Shown here piece by piece: positions 39,994 to 54,499 of a stretch of 64,000 nucleotides of DNA. Position 1 is the stretch's first letter. Every line of letters starts with the position of its first letter. The position numbers and the translations under genes were made by a program. This DNA comes from Octopus sinensis (taxonomy: Eukaryota): NCBI RefSeq assembly GCF_006345805.1, contig NC_043006.1, positions 66,278,001 to 66,342,000 on the forward strand. Direction: 5' to 3'. The notes below the pieces were generated by a model that searched no databases, was not told where the DNA came from, and worked only from the letters and a program-made list of their open reading frames with translations.

Positions 39994-41173
39994 GTTGGAC
40001 AAAATAATGGAAACACCTACCATCATAATTTTGTAATATCTATAAAACCGTCAAAAGCTTGTTTATTATTAATGTTGCTTAATATGCTTTGCTAAAATTG
40101 CGGTTTCTTTTCAGATATCATAAGAAAAAGGTAATTAAAATTCATTAAAATGACAGATCTATCAGACTTTCAAAGAGGTTAAATTGTTGGCATGTGCTTG
40201 CGTAATGAAAACAACCGAAATGTTTGGTGTATCGAGAAGTACTGTCTCGAAAGTAATGACAACCTTTGAGAAAGAGGGAAAAATCTCCTCGTCGAAACAA
40301 AACTCCGGAAGGAAACCAAAACTTTCAGACAAGGACCGTCGGGCTCTTACGCGAATTGTTAGAAAGCATCACAAAAGTATAACTCATACAATTACTGCAG
40401 AGCTTAATGACCACCTCGAGAACCCAGTTTCCACAAAAACTGTTCGCCGGGAGCTGCACAAAGCTGGATTTCACGGGTGGGCTGCAATCAGAAAACCACT
40501 ACTTTCAAAAACAAACGTTGCAAAGCGTTTAGAGTGGAGTAAAAACCTACAGAATTGGTTCCTAGAGCAGCGGAAGAATGTTTTCTTGGACGAGTCATCC
40601 TTTACCTTATTTCCGTTCACCGGCCGAGTATACGTGTGGAGGCAATCAAAAGAAGCATTTGACCCAGACTGCCTTTTTCCAACTGTTAAACATGGAGGAG
40701 GATCTGGGGGTGGGGGCTATATCTTGGAAATCCGCTGGCCCTATGGTTTCCCTTCATGGCAGAATTAATAGTCAAGGCTATTTAAGAATTTTATCTGATC
40801 AAATTCGTCCTATGGTTGCAAAACTGTTTCCGGAGGGAAACTCAATCATTCAGGATGATAATGCACCAATTCACTCAGCTAAAGTTGTTACTGAATGGCA
40901 CGAGGAACATTCTAGTAAAGTTGAACATCTTATCTGGCCACCACAGTCCCCAGATCTTAATATTATTGAACATTTATGGTACATTTTAGAAAAACAAGCA
41001 AGGAGTCAATATCCTCTACCATCATTACTACAAGAACTGGAGACTGTTTTAGCTGAAGAATGGACAAAATTCCTTTGGAAACAATTCAAATTTTGTACGA
41101 GTCCATACCTCGTAGAATTCAAGCTGTAATTACTGCCAAATAATTTGTTTGAAATTTTAAGGTGTTTCCATTA
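39994..41173 (+). mobile_element. Tc1-like DNA transposon, same family as 18238-19468, frameshifted transposase
   Basis: HTH and GRKPKL region, FLDES, QDDNAPIH, WPPQSPDLNIIEHLW; partial TIRs at both ends. Confidence 0.95.
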
Positions 41174-42580
41174 ATGATATAGTTTTCCAATCTTATTGCT
41201 TTGAAGGTATGATTTTGGGGAGATAAAAATTGGAGGAAAAAGTTATAGAGGTTTAAAAATTGAAAAAACTGTAATTTTAGCCAATAGCGAGGCAGAAATT
41301 TTCTGCATTTAGCGGGGCGGTGTCAACTTTAAGGTTGTACCCTGTGATATTTATAGTTTATCGTCTGTGAAATGACCTCTTCATTGTAGGTTTCTAAATA
41401 AACAGAAATACCAAATAAAATCAACATCTTACTGTTTCTTTTGTCTCTTCATTGATTTTTATTTGTATTTTTTTAATTTGTTATATTGATATATTTATCT
41501 GTATGTGTTTACTTTATGCGTATTTCAGTATTATGTATACCTGTCATGTGTTTGTGTACATCATTAATATATAAATGCATGTGTGTGTGTGTGTGTGAAA
41601 AGGGGGCGTCTGTCTCCAAGACTACAAAGTTGAGTAACGTTTTCATGTTTGGATTTGTAAACTACAATAAGAATAACAAAGAATTTGTCTCCAAAATATA
41701 TGAAATGAAATATATGTAAAAATACTAACACGCAGAAAAAAGCAAAGAAAAATATATAATATACTAACACAGAAAAATGAAAACAAAACACGCGGGTGAA
41801 AAGAATCTCGTGGTGTGAAGATTCAACACAGAACAACGTGCGGCACAGACACGGGTGAAGTGAAACACAACACAGCGTGTGGTTGTCATGGTAACAAGCT
41901 GCTAATGCCACGCTGTCCGCTGATTGGCTAAAATTACCCAAATTTTCCAACTTCAAATCCAAATAACATCAGATTTTTTAATTAACGAGATAAAGTAATT
42001 GGTTGATCGTAATCAAAATTCAGAGTTGCATCGATACACCAGAATTGAAAGCAATCTGAGCAAAATCAAAAAACGGGTTCATTTTGTGAATGAAAAAGAC
42101 GAGATCCTTCTTTTATTTGTTTCAGTCATTTGACTGCAGCCATGCTGGAGCACCGCCTTTAGTCGAACAAATCGACCCGGGACTTATTCTTTGTAAGCCT
42201 AGTACTTATTCTATCGGTGTCTTTTGCCGAACCGCTACGTTACGGGGACGTAAACACACTAACATCGGTTGTCAAGCGATGGTGGTGGTGGTGGTAGGGC
42301 AAACAGAGACATACAAACACACACACAAATATATACGGCAAGCTTCTTTCAGTTTCCGTCTACCAAATCCACTCACAAGGCTTTGGTCGGCCCGAGGTTA
42401 TAGTAGAAGACACTTGCCTACAGTGCCACGCAGTGGGACTGAACCCGGAATCATGTGGTTGGTAAGCAAACTACTTACCACACAGCCACTCCTATATACA
42501 TATATATACATTCCGCCCCGACATCCGAAACTCGGAGTCTTATTATGGCAACAGAATAATTGTCACATATTATATTACAG

Positions 42581-42625
<45 letters not shown>

Positions 42626-43676
42626 CGATGGTTTTTCACAGTTTTCGTGTATTAAAATCATTCACATGTGTGTTTGTGTGTGTGTATGTGTGTGCGTGTG
42701 TGTGTGTTTGTGCTTGATTTTGTTCTTCAAACTGATTTGCTTACATACCCGAAACCTAGCGGTTCGGCAAAGCCAACGGTCAGAATAAATGCCTGACTTT
42801 AATAAATAGACAAAAACTGTGATTAATTTGTTCGACTAAATCTTTGAAGCCGGTGCCCCAGCATGGCCGCAGTCCAATGACTGAAATAAGTGAAAGAATA
42901 AAAGATGAAAGGATTTTCTCCCATGTCTGCTCAGTCTCTTCCTTATATTCCCCCTCTCTTTTATTTTCCTCTTTCTCTCTCTCTCTCTCTCTGTTTCTCC
43001 GTTTGGCTCTCTGCCTCTCTCTCTCTCTCTCTCTAATTTTTCTTCCTTTGACACCAATGTTTACAATAAACAAGAATGAGATTCCTAACACCGATTTCAC
43101 CACCACCACCACCACCACCACCACCACCACCACCACCACCGCCACCGCCTCCGCCTCCGCCACCGCCTCTTCCACCGCCACCGCTACCTCTACCACCGCC
43201 GCCGCCACCACCGTATCTGTACTGTCAGTATAACAAACATAAGAGAGTGATTTGGCAGACCATTGGAATTACCAAAACATAACATATACACTATCAGGTC
43301 AGGAGGTCAGGAGGTCAGAGGGTATTTCAGATGTCAACCGATCAAATTCCCTAAATTTCAGTAGAGGCAGACGTGGTGGGAAATGGTGGGTGTGAAGTAA
43401 TGTAATTGGCTACTGGGCCGGCCCCGGGTGGATAGGATTGAGGAAAGGGAGAGAGACAGGGAGAGGGACAGTGAGAGGGTGAGAGAGGGAGAAAGAGAGA
43501 GAGAGAGAAGGAAAGAGTGTGTGTATGTATGCATATATATGCATATCTATCTAGTTATCATCCATTCATCCATCCTTTCATCCGTCTCCCTACCAGTCCG
43601 CCTGTCTGCCTGTCTGCCTGTCTGCCTGTCTGCCTGTCTGCCTGTCTGCTTGCCTGCATGCCTGCCTGCCTGTCTG

Positions 43677-43748
<72 letters not shown>

Positions 43749-45207
43749 ACCGCCTGCTTGTCTGCCTGTTTGACTGTCTGTTTGTGTGGTGTGTGTAGAG
43801 TAGAAAGTGTGTCTGTGTGAGTGTATTTGTGGGCAAGGATTAAGGAAGAGGATAAAATGAAAAATAAACGGCGGAAATATGCTTCATCCTCCGCCTCCTG
43901 CGCAATATGATTATCGTTATCATCATCATCATCATCATCGTCGTCGTCGTCGTCATTGTCATCCTCTTCTCTCTCCTCCGCTTTTACTTCCTCTTTCTAC
44001 CTCCTCCTTTTCATCATTATCATAATCATTTTTATTAACGTTAACGTTACTAAGAAGGCCGGCGTTAATACCACCACCATCACAACCACCATCATTAAAA
44101 CCACCATCTTTACTCCCCAACACCACTTCCACCATCATCGTCACTATCACTGAAATAATTTTTATCTTCATCCACGCCTCCATCCTCTTGATGTTGATGG
44201 AAATGATGATGATAAGCATCCTCGTCCTCATCACACCATTATCACAAATGTCATTCATTCTTCTGTTCAGCATGTTTGTCGTCTTCGACGCCGTCGTCGC
44301 CATCATGTTTCTCTTCCTCTTTTTCTTTTTCTCTACCCCCTCAAGATCTGTATCACTGACAAAGAAAAAAAGAACAGAAAAAGAAAAAGTAAATCTCAAA
44401 TTTCTGCAACAAACATTAATGGCATTAAAAACACATTTATGGAACTAATTCAAGAAACAGTCTTACAACCAGAACATAGAAGACTTACCATTCAAAATTA
44501 TACTTAAATCAAATTTGACAGACCTTTCCACAACAGGGGTGGTCTTATATATGTATTAAATATATAGATATCATAAAATGACATTCGTAAACTAGTAGGG
44601 TATATTACTATACATGAAATGCAGGTTTTAAATATAAAAACCAGCAACACTTAGTACATTAATGAGGGCGAATGATTAATTATCTACAGTTTCCAGTTGA
44701 AGCTTGCACTGTAGTGAACAGAGGGAGATTACACCAAAATATTATGAATTGTTACGTGGAAAATCAATAACTCACCTTGTTATAATCCTTTCTAATGGAA
44801 GCACAAGGCATCAACTTTTGGGGAAGGGGGCCAGTCGATTAATCGACCCCAGGGCATAACTGGTACTTATTTAATCAACCCCGAAAGGATGAAAAGCAAA
44901 GTCGAACCCGGCAGAATTTGAACTCAAAATGTAGCGGCAGACGAAACATCGCTAAGCATTTCGCCCGGCGTGCTAACAATTTTGCTACCTCGCCACCTTA
45001 ACCCACCTTATCACAATAAACATGGAAATATCATCAGCGAGCTCATCAATACCGCCACCAGGTTCTATACTCCAATTACAATATTTTAGCATCCTCATAA
45101 ACACTATCACTGGAAGAAACGTTACTAATAATCTAAACATCCAGGCTTGCCAACAATACAGATAACAGCTGAGATCACAGTTAAACTCCCTTTATATAAG
45201 AAACCAT

Positions 45208-45310
45208 CAGTGGTTCTCAACCGGGGTCCATATGGGGTTAAGAGCGCAGGCTACTAACCCCAAGATTTTGAGTTCGATTCCAGGCAGTGACCTGAATAAT
45301 AATAATAATA

Positions 45311-45361
<51 letters not shown>

Positions 45362-45538
45362 CAACAACAACAACAACATCATCGAAAAATAAATTAGGAA
45401 TGAGAGCTTAGGTTGGAAATTTTCCCAAGACACCTGATGAAACGTTGTGTTAACAACAAACAAGACGAGGACATATATCTGTCAAATGTAAATAATGTAA
45501 ATAATGTACATAATTCCTCATCTCTTAGATATAGAAGT

Positions 45539-45606
<68 letters not shown>

Positions 45607-45895
45607 TACATTATTTTGATTTGAGCCCAGGTTCGAAATTTTTCCCAGACACCTGATGAAGGCTGGAGGGTATATCAGCCGAAATGTTGTGTTAACAACA
45701 AACAAGATGAGGACAAATATCCGTCAAACGTAAATAATGAAGATTTGATTCTGTTTTGGGGTCAACGCAAGCAGAGTAGTAAATTGGGGTTTCACGGTCG
45801 TATTTTGGCGGCCCATGAAAAATATTTTGCTTTAATCGTATTTATTACAAGAAACAACAGGGTTTCTTTGTCTAGCGTTTAACAATTTGCAGCCT
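45208..45895 (+). mobile_element. Possible hAT/Charlie-like MITE remnant interrupted by family-3 SINEs
   Basis: cagtggttctcaacc terminus at 45208; apparently resumes after 45740. Confidence 0.4.
45232..45740 (+). mobile_element. Family-3 tRNA-headed SINE copies carrying a minimal HHR
   Basis: B box gagttcgattcc and (AAT)n; HHR gacac CTGATGA a ggctg-loop-cagcc GAAA tGTT gtgtt at 45648-45693; the copy at 45429-45451 lacks stem II. Confidence 0.75.
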
Positions 45896-47320
45896 ACAGT
45901 TCTATATTTAAGAGACGAGGAATTATGTACATTATTTACATTCAAACAAGATGAGGACAAATATCCGTCGAATGTAAATAATGTAAATAATGTAATTAAC
46001 TTAGCAGCCTCTTTCTGGCTACTGAAACAAGTTTTTTCTCAGTGAGTGCTATTGGAAACGTATATAAGTGAACGGGCGAAAAACAAAAGAATTTCGAAGG
46101 AAGTGTCTATAGAACTAGTTTTTAAACAGCGATTGGCTATGGGGCTCCACCAAAAGAAAATAGCAATGAAAGGGGTTCCCTTTCTCTTTCTGTCTGCCTT
46201 GATCCCTATCTCACACACATATACATTCAAACACATACAGATACTCACAGACGTATACTTAATATATGTGAATGCATATACATATACAGACACACACACT
46301 CGCATATCTCGATACCGAAGACAGTGTTTTGAACTGTTTCTTTTCGACAGCCATGTTGTTGCAAAAGATAAGCCTCCTTAACCTATTGGCCGCCGCCGCT
46401 GCCACCACCACCACTGCCACCACCACCACTGCCACCACCACCACCGCCACCACCACCACCACCACCACCACCACCACCACCACCACCACCACCACCACCA
46501 CCGCCACCACTACCAACACCGACACTATCACTACCACCATCACCACTGACGCTACTGCTGTACCGTCTCTTTACAACCACCACAACTACCACCACCACCA
46601 CCACCACCACCACCACCACAACCAACACTACCAACACCGACACTATCACTACCACCATCACCACCGACGCCACTGCCATATCTTCTCTTCACCACCATCA
46701 CAAGCACCACTACCACCCCCACTAACATCGTTACCGCTAGTGGACCACCACGACAACTACCATCGCAGCTCCCACAACGACCAGAGCTGCCACGACGACG
46801 ACGACAACCACCACCACCACCACCACGAAAACTTCCCCATGTCCCCACATCTTCAACTTACACAACCAGTGCATCTCACCGCTGCAGCCCTCCTCGAACC
46901 TCAATGCCCACTCTTCGTCCTCCTCGACGACGAATGCTGAAGAGTGGACGAAGAAGACAGCAGATGAAAGACAAGATGGCGTGTTAATGTCGTTTATTCG
47001 ATAATGGCGGAATCTTACCGCCGTTTTATTCGATAATGGCATAGCCTTTGAGGTCTCTCTCTCCTTCTCTTTCTCGTTCTCTCTCCATCTCTCTATTACA
47101 CACATACACATACACCCGCGTACACACTCACACGCAGACACACACGCACGCACACACATACACACACACACCCTCTCTCTCTCACACACACAATTTCTCT
47201 GCGTCTCTACTTCTCAGTCCATCTATCATCGATCTTTGTCTATCTGACACTATTTTTATGTCCGCAATCTCTCAACGTTATGTATACATACATGCATACA
47301 TACATACATACATACATACA

Positions 47321-47329
<9 letters not shown>

Positions 47330-47354
<25 letters not shown>

Positions 47355-47381
47355 CACTCATATATGTAGGTATGTGTGTGA

Positions 47382-47430
<49 letters not shown>

Positions 47431-47699
47431 ATATATATATAGACCGCAGGAATGGCTGTGCGGTAAGTAGCTTGCTTACCAGTCACATGGTTCCGGGTTC
47501 AGTCCCACTGCGTGGCACCTTGGGCAAGTGTCTTTTACTATAGGATCGGGCGACCAAAGCGTTGTGAGTAGATTTTGGTAAACTGAAAGAAGCCCGTCAT
47601 ATATATATATATATATAATATATATATATATATATCATTTTTTCATTTTTCATCTAGTTTCAGCTCACGAGCTGTGGCCATGCTGGGGCACCGCCATTC

Positions 47700-47735
<36 letters not shown>

Positions 47736-48153
47736 ATGTGTGTGTGTGTGAGTGTGCGTGTGTGTCTGTGTTTGTCCAGACCACCATCACTTGACAACCG
47801 ATGATTGTATTTTTACGTCCCCATAAACTAGTGGTTCGACAAAAGAGACCGATAGAATAAGTACTATGCTTATAAAGAATCAGTCCAGAGGCCGATCTGT
47901 TCGACTGAAAGGCAGTGCTCCAGCATGGCCGCAGTCAAATGAGTGAAACAAATAAAATAATAAAAGAATATGCGTGTATGTTATTTTCTCTCTTAGGTTT
48001 CGTATGTCTGGATCGACAAGTATGGCTTCCGGACCTGATTACATTAAACCCTCCGATTCTTAACTTCGTTTCTTTCTCTTCCTCGCGCATTCCTCTCCTT
48101 CCTCTCGTCATATGTATGCACGCATGTGTGTAGATGTGTCTCTCTGTGTGAGC

Positions 48154-48223
<70 letters not shown>

Positions 48224-48257
48224 TGTATATATTTATTTATATAAAATAGATATACAT

Positions 48258-48288
<31 letters not shown>

Positions 48289-48315
48289 CACTCATATATG
48301 TAGGTATGTGTGTGA

Positions 48316-48379
<64 letters not shown>

Positions 48380-48633
48380 CGCAGGAATGGCTGTGCGGTA
48401 AGTAGCTTGCTTACCAGTCACATGGTTCCGGGTTCAGTCCACTGCGTGGCACCTTGGGCAAGTGTCTTTTACTATAGGATCGGGCGACCAAAGCGTTGTG
48501 AGTAGATTTTGGTAAACTGAAAGAAGCCCGTCATATATATATATATATATAATATATATATATATATATCATTTTTTCATTTTTCATCTAGTTTCAGCTC
48601 ACGAGCTGTGGCCATGCTGGGGCACCGCCATTC

Positions 48634-48667
<34 letters not shown>

Positions 48668-49085
48668 ATGTGTGTGTGTGTGAGTGTGCGTGTGTGTCTG
48701 TGTTTGTCCAGACCACCATCACTTGACAACCGATGATTGTATGTTTACGTCCCCATAAACTAGCGGTTCGACAAAAGAGACCGATAGAATAAGTACTATG
48801 CTTATAAAGAATCAGTCCAGAGGCCGATCTGTTCGACTGAAAGGCAGTGCTCCAGCATGGCCGCAGTCAAATGACTGAAACAAATAAAATAATAAAAGAA
48901 TATGCGTGTGTGTTATTTTCTCTCTTAGGTTTCGTATGTCTGGATCGACAAGTATGGCTTCCGGACCTGATTACATTAAACCCTCCGCTTCTTCACTTCG
49001 TTTCTTTCTCTTCCTCGCGCTTTCCTCTCCTTCCTCTCGTCATATGTATGCACGCATGTGTGTAGATGTGTCTCTCTGTGTGAGC

Positions 49086-49157
<72 letters not shown>

Positions 49158-49193
49158 TGTATATATTTATTTATATAAAATAGATATACATAT

Positions 49194-49200
<7 letters not shown>
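47330..49200. repeat. Tandem duplication, about 935-bp period, containing a family-2 SINE
   Basis: agaccgcaggaatgg at 47441 and 48376; units differ by scattered substitutions. Confidence 0.9.
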
Positions 49201-49244
<44 letters not shown>

Positions 49245-49398
49245 CAAAGAGATATGTCTACACATTGGTATATGAATGTGTGTATGTATATATGTATGTA
49301 TATTACATACATATATATGTATATATATAAACGTATATATGTAATTTAATCATATATGCCTATATAGTTTATAAGCTTCTCTCCATATATATGTGAAA

Positions 49399-49480
<82 letters not shown>

Positions 49481-50016
49481 TGTGTGCGTTAATGTGTGTG
49501 TGTGTATGTATGTCTCTATATCTGTGTGTATACATGTGTGTATATAGCAGGTTTTGTGTGTGTGTATTTATATATATATGCCTATGTCTGTGTATCTTTT
49601 ATTTTATTTTCCCTAGGAGCAGGTTTCAAATTGTATTTCAAATAAATAAGTAAATAAGCAAAAAATAGAACTATATAAAAAAATAAAAATGCATAAAATA
49701 AGGCAAAATAAAAGTGGACGAAATGTAAAACGATTGAAGAGAAAATTTGATTATGGCCATGAATTCTCATTGGCCTGTCTGCCTGTCTGCCTGTTTGTCT
49801 GTCTGCCTAGCTGCCTGTTTGTCTGTCTACCTGTATGCCTGTCTGCCTATCTGTATATCTGTGTGGGGTCTTCGGCTCTTTCCATTAGTCGATCTTTCTA
49901 CTAGTCTGTCTGTTAGACTATCTCTGTCTGTCCTTTTCATTCTGTTCACTTGGTTCTCTCTATTAATCTCTTTGGCTAAATGCATTTCTGTCTCAGTCTG
50001 TCTGTCTGTCTGTCTG

Positions 50017-50070
<54 letters not shown>

Positions 50071-50267
50071 TTCTCTCTCTCTACTCAGAACTTTCTGTCT
50101 GTCTGCCACTGCTTACATAGCTGCGTGTCTGCTCGTCCACGTAACTTTCTGTCTACTTTTAATTTTTCTGTCCAAATGTGGCCATGTTTGACCTTTTTTT
50201 CCTTGCTGGTTTTCGTCCATATTAAACACATGCGCGCTCAAGTGTCTGCAGGTGCACATGCATTACA

Positions 50268-50308
<41 letters not shown>

Positions 50309-50309
50309 G

Positions 50310-51325
50310 GTGCGTAAGATATTTGAGGACAGATTTATGTTCATAAAGAAAAAAGCAGAAATATAATAACAGATGATAACTTTATTTATCAAAAAATTCC
50401 ATGAGGATAAAAATAAACCTTCTTTTCTATAATGTTATTCAATTAAGCCTCCTTCAGCTTCAACAACTGCTTCTATATGAGATCTGAACCATCTACATGC
50501 TCGAATCAAGTGGTCTGGGTTCATTTTGGACATTACTCTGACTATGGCAGCTTTCAAAGAATCTTTGGTGTTATGGGTGTGTTCATTGACCTCTCTCTCA
50601 ACAACGCTCCACATACAATAGTCCAATGGTTTGATATCTGGGGACTCAGGGGGCCAAATGTTAGTTGTTATGCGATTATGAAAATTTTCAGCCATCCATT
50701 CCTGTGTTACTAGAGCCATGTTTGATAGTGCAGTCCTACCGAAACAGATATAGCCTTCCATTGCATACACTGTCTATCCAAGGCTTAACAATTATTTTCA
50801 AGACCTCAATGTAGGCGGCAGAGTTAACTTTAAGACCTTGTAGAAAGAAATAAGAAAGCATCACATGTCCTTCATTGCTGACAACCCTTAAAACCATGAC
50901 AGTTGCAGGAAATTATGTATGCGTAACACTTAGAACTTCAGAAGGGTCTGCACATAAACATCTGTCATTTCTTGTGTTAACTTTTTGATCTTCGTCGAAG
51001 TTTTTCTCGTCTTCTACTGGATTTTTTAGTTTACTTAAAGAGCCTTTTAGATCTGATGTAATTTTCTTTTTTTTTTTCTGACAAATTGACCTTTCCTCAT
51101 CATATAAAACTTATATCTGATGTCTTCATAGACGGACAACATTTCTGATTGTTTCTTTTGGAATTAACCTCATGGACTTTCTGGTATTGTAATGAATAGT
51201 CTGTTGAACTTGCTGGACATAGTCAGGTGTTCTTATAATTTCAGAGTATTTAGAATGCTTTTTATGCTTTGATGCTGGTGATACGTTTCCATTTTTTGTT
51301 TCTAACTCCTTACAAACTTTGTAGA
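50310..51325 (-). mobile_element. maT/DD37D-like mariner remnant
   Basis: TQEWMAENF...WPPESPDIKPLDYCMWSVVE, ending EAVVEAEGGLIE. Confidence 0.75.
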
Positions 51326-51329
51326 CGAT

Positions 51330-51730
51330 ATATATGCCATTTTTGAAGAAGCTTTCATCCCGTTGCGCAAAAAAGTTAACAACAGCAGACAAGATATTAT
51401 CATCACTCTCATAATGGTTCCAAGCCAAGTGTTTTTTTTATATATATTGGGGAACAGACGGTAATCAAATGGGGCCAGAGTAGGAAAACAGGAAGCGTGA
51501 TCAACGATTTTAAAACCACAGTGATGCCATACAGCAGCCATTGAAAGCGAGGACTTGTGTGCTGGGGGTTTGTCCTAATGACACAAAACCTCTTTCGTCA
51601 GTTTTCAAGGCCGTTTGGTCCTGATAGCTATTCGTAACTGCCTCAGTAAGTTCACAGAGTACTTTGAATTGGTGTGGCCCTTTTGCATCCCCCAAGACTG
51701 AGGCGATCACATTCCCTGCAGATGAAACGA
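51330..51730 (-). mobile_element. mariner (DD34D-type) remnant
   Basis: SAGNVIASVLGDAKG and HASCFPTLAPFDYRLFP resemble SAGKVMASVFWD and HPPYSPDLAPSDY. Confidence 0.7.
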
Positions 51731-52376
51731 ACCTTATTTCACGTTGCTTCAATCCACTCAGCTGGCAAAAATGTGGCCAGCCTTGTTACATTCTGTGTCA
51801 CGCTGAATCTCCCTGATAACTATGTTAAGAGCACACATGTCTGTGGAGTGCTCAGCCACTTGTACGGTCATTCCACCAGCAGGTTGTTCCGCTGATCCGA
51901 TCAACTGGAACCCTCGTCGTCGTAACCGACGGAGTGCTAGTTAGCCACTCGGTTCGGTCCAGTTTGTCTACTCTGTTTATTTGATTCTGTCCGCTAGTTC
52001 CTTGCCAGACTGTCCACTCGGCTCTGTCCAGTCTACACACTTGACCACATTCTCTCTCATTCCATTAACCACCCAAATCCTATCATAGTTTAATGGCTGC
52101 CGTCTTCATTCTGGCTTTGTTTAGATTACGAAAAGAAACGGAAGTGGAGAGATTTCAGTTGTGATAATAACTTTCCCCAAACCGGAAGCTCTTTGCAATA
52201 TATTTTCTTTACGATCTTTTTCTTAAATTTTTTTTTTTAGATTTTATATTTTTCATCAGTTCGTTGTCGTTGAATTGTATCTACAATCAGTCTGTTGTCA
52301 TGTAAACTCAATAACAAATTGATAGAAATGATGAGTGAGAAATGCTTAGATAGAGATATAGAGATAGATAGACAAC

Positions 52377-52447
<71 letters not shown>

Positions 52448-52451
52448 TGTG

Positions 52452-52491
<40 letters not shown>

Positions 52492-52700
52492 AGAGAATGA
52501 AAGAGAACGGGCGGGAGAGAGGAAACATAACAGACAGACAAGAATATAATAAAAAAATCAACGCAGAAAGATAACTAACTAGTGAAATAAATATGGTGGC
52601 ATGTGTGTGTGTCTGTCTATCCCTCCGTCCGTCTGTCCGTCCATCTATCCATCCATCCATCCATCCATCCATCCATCCGTCCGCTGTCTGTCTGTCTGTC

Positions 52701-52744
<44 letters not shown>

Positions 52745-52779
52745 TCATATTTTTAACGAGGGTGAGAACCCTCTCCACA

Positions 52780-52950
52780 GTCTGATTAAAGAAGGCTCCC
52801 TCGGCTGTGAAACTATGAACGTTTTCTTGGGCGTCTGATTAATGACAGCTCCCTCGGGCTTCTGGATAATCAAAGCTTACTCAGTCGTCTTCATTAATGA
52901 AGTCTCCTTGACAGTCTGGTTAACGAAGGCTCCTTCAGTCGTCTGGTTAG
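52780..52950. repeat. Degenerate 27-bp minisatellite (about 6 units)
   Basis: gtctg(a/g)ttaatgaaggctccctc-like units at 52780, 52833, 52860, 52887, 52914 and 52941. Confidence 0.7.
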
Positions 52951-53492
52951 TAATTAAAGGGATTCCGACACCATAAGAAATAGCGACCTAAATTACGGTT
53001 GCCCTTGGACATGCTTGTCCATATAAATTCTTCTATTATCATTATCATCGTCGTCGTCGTATTCGGCGTCATCGTTCTCTTTCTCCTCCTCCTCATTATC
53101 CTCCTTATCGTCACTATCGTCATCATCATCATCATCATCATCATCAATATCATCCTCACCACCACCACCACCACCACCACCACCACCACCATCAGCTTGT
53201 GACAACGACTTCTTCCAATACTTTGTGAGTAGAATTCGATAGATAGAAACTGTGCAGAAGCCTCTGTGTGTGTGTGTTCGATTTTTATATTCTGTTACTT
53301 GCTTCAGTCTTTTGACTGTGGCCATGCTGGGGCACCGCTTTTTAGTCGAGCAAATCGACCCCAGGACTTATTTTTTGTAAGCCTAGTATCTGTTCGATCG
53401 CTTTTTGCCGAACCGCTAAGTTACGGGGACGTAGACACACCAGCATCGGGTTTCAAGCGATGGTGAGGGGACAAACACAGACATACAAGCAT

Positions 53493-53576
<84 letters not shown>

Positions 53577-54499
53577 ACGTATATATATATATATATACGA
53601 CGAGCTTCTTTCAGTTTCCGTTTACCAAATCCACTCACTAGGCTTTGATCGGCCTGAGGCTATAGTAGAAGACATACCAAAGGTGCAATGCAGTGGGACT
53701 GAACCCATGCTAATGTATTGATATGATTAATTCCGTCTGTGACTCGTGTCTTTTGTGCCAGGAACCCATGCACTTTCTTCTCAGTGAACTTATCCGTTCC
53801 CCACCCCTTTTGTTGCTGTGATCAGATTTACTATTAGTTCTTTTTCTTTATATCTCCACTACCTTCTGATCTTAGAAGAAGAAATAGTCAATGAAGATGT
53901 CATGGAATTAGTGACGAAAGAATTCTGACAAATAAACAATAACTAATAATAAAAAAAACCCAAAGTGAAGATCGAGTAAACCGTGCGTGTGTTTATTGGC
54001 AAAGTGACCGTCCTCACATATAATAAAATCTATTCATTGTTTTCCGCTTGTAATCTGCAGATTTATATCTTAATTATTCAGCTGTAGCTGGTAGCTGTTA
54101 GCTCTTGTTTCAGCAGAAGAATTTTGGAATCTAACGTTTGAGATTTTGAGCCTCCAATCTGCTTTCCTGGTTTGTCGTTTAACCATTTTTGATGTTTTGT
54201 GAATTGACTGGTGGTGTTGAATGTTCTCTTTCTCTTTTTGATTTTCAGTAAATTTGGGTTGGTAGACTATTTCGGAACAAGGTTGTGAAGGAAAGCCTCT
54301 TGTTTTGTTCATTATCTCTTAAAGCTTAAGAAGGTCTTTGCATTTTTATAGTCCCAGATATCGCGATTATTTGTAGTGCATGAATGTATGTATGTATGTA
54401 TGTATGTACGTATGTATGTATGTATGTATGTATGTATGTATGTATGTATGTATGTATGTATGTATGTATGTATGTAGGTATGTATGTATGTATGTGACA

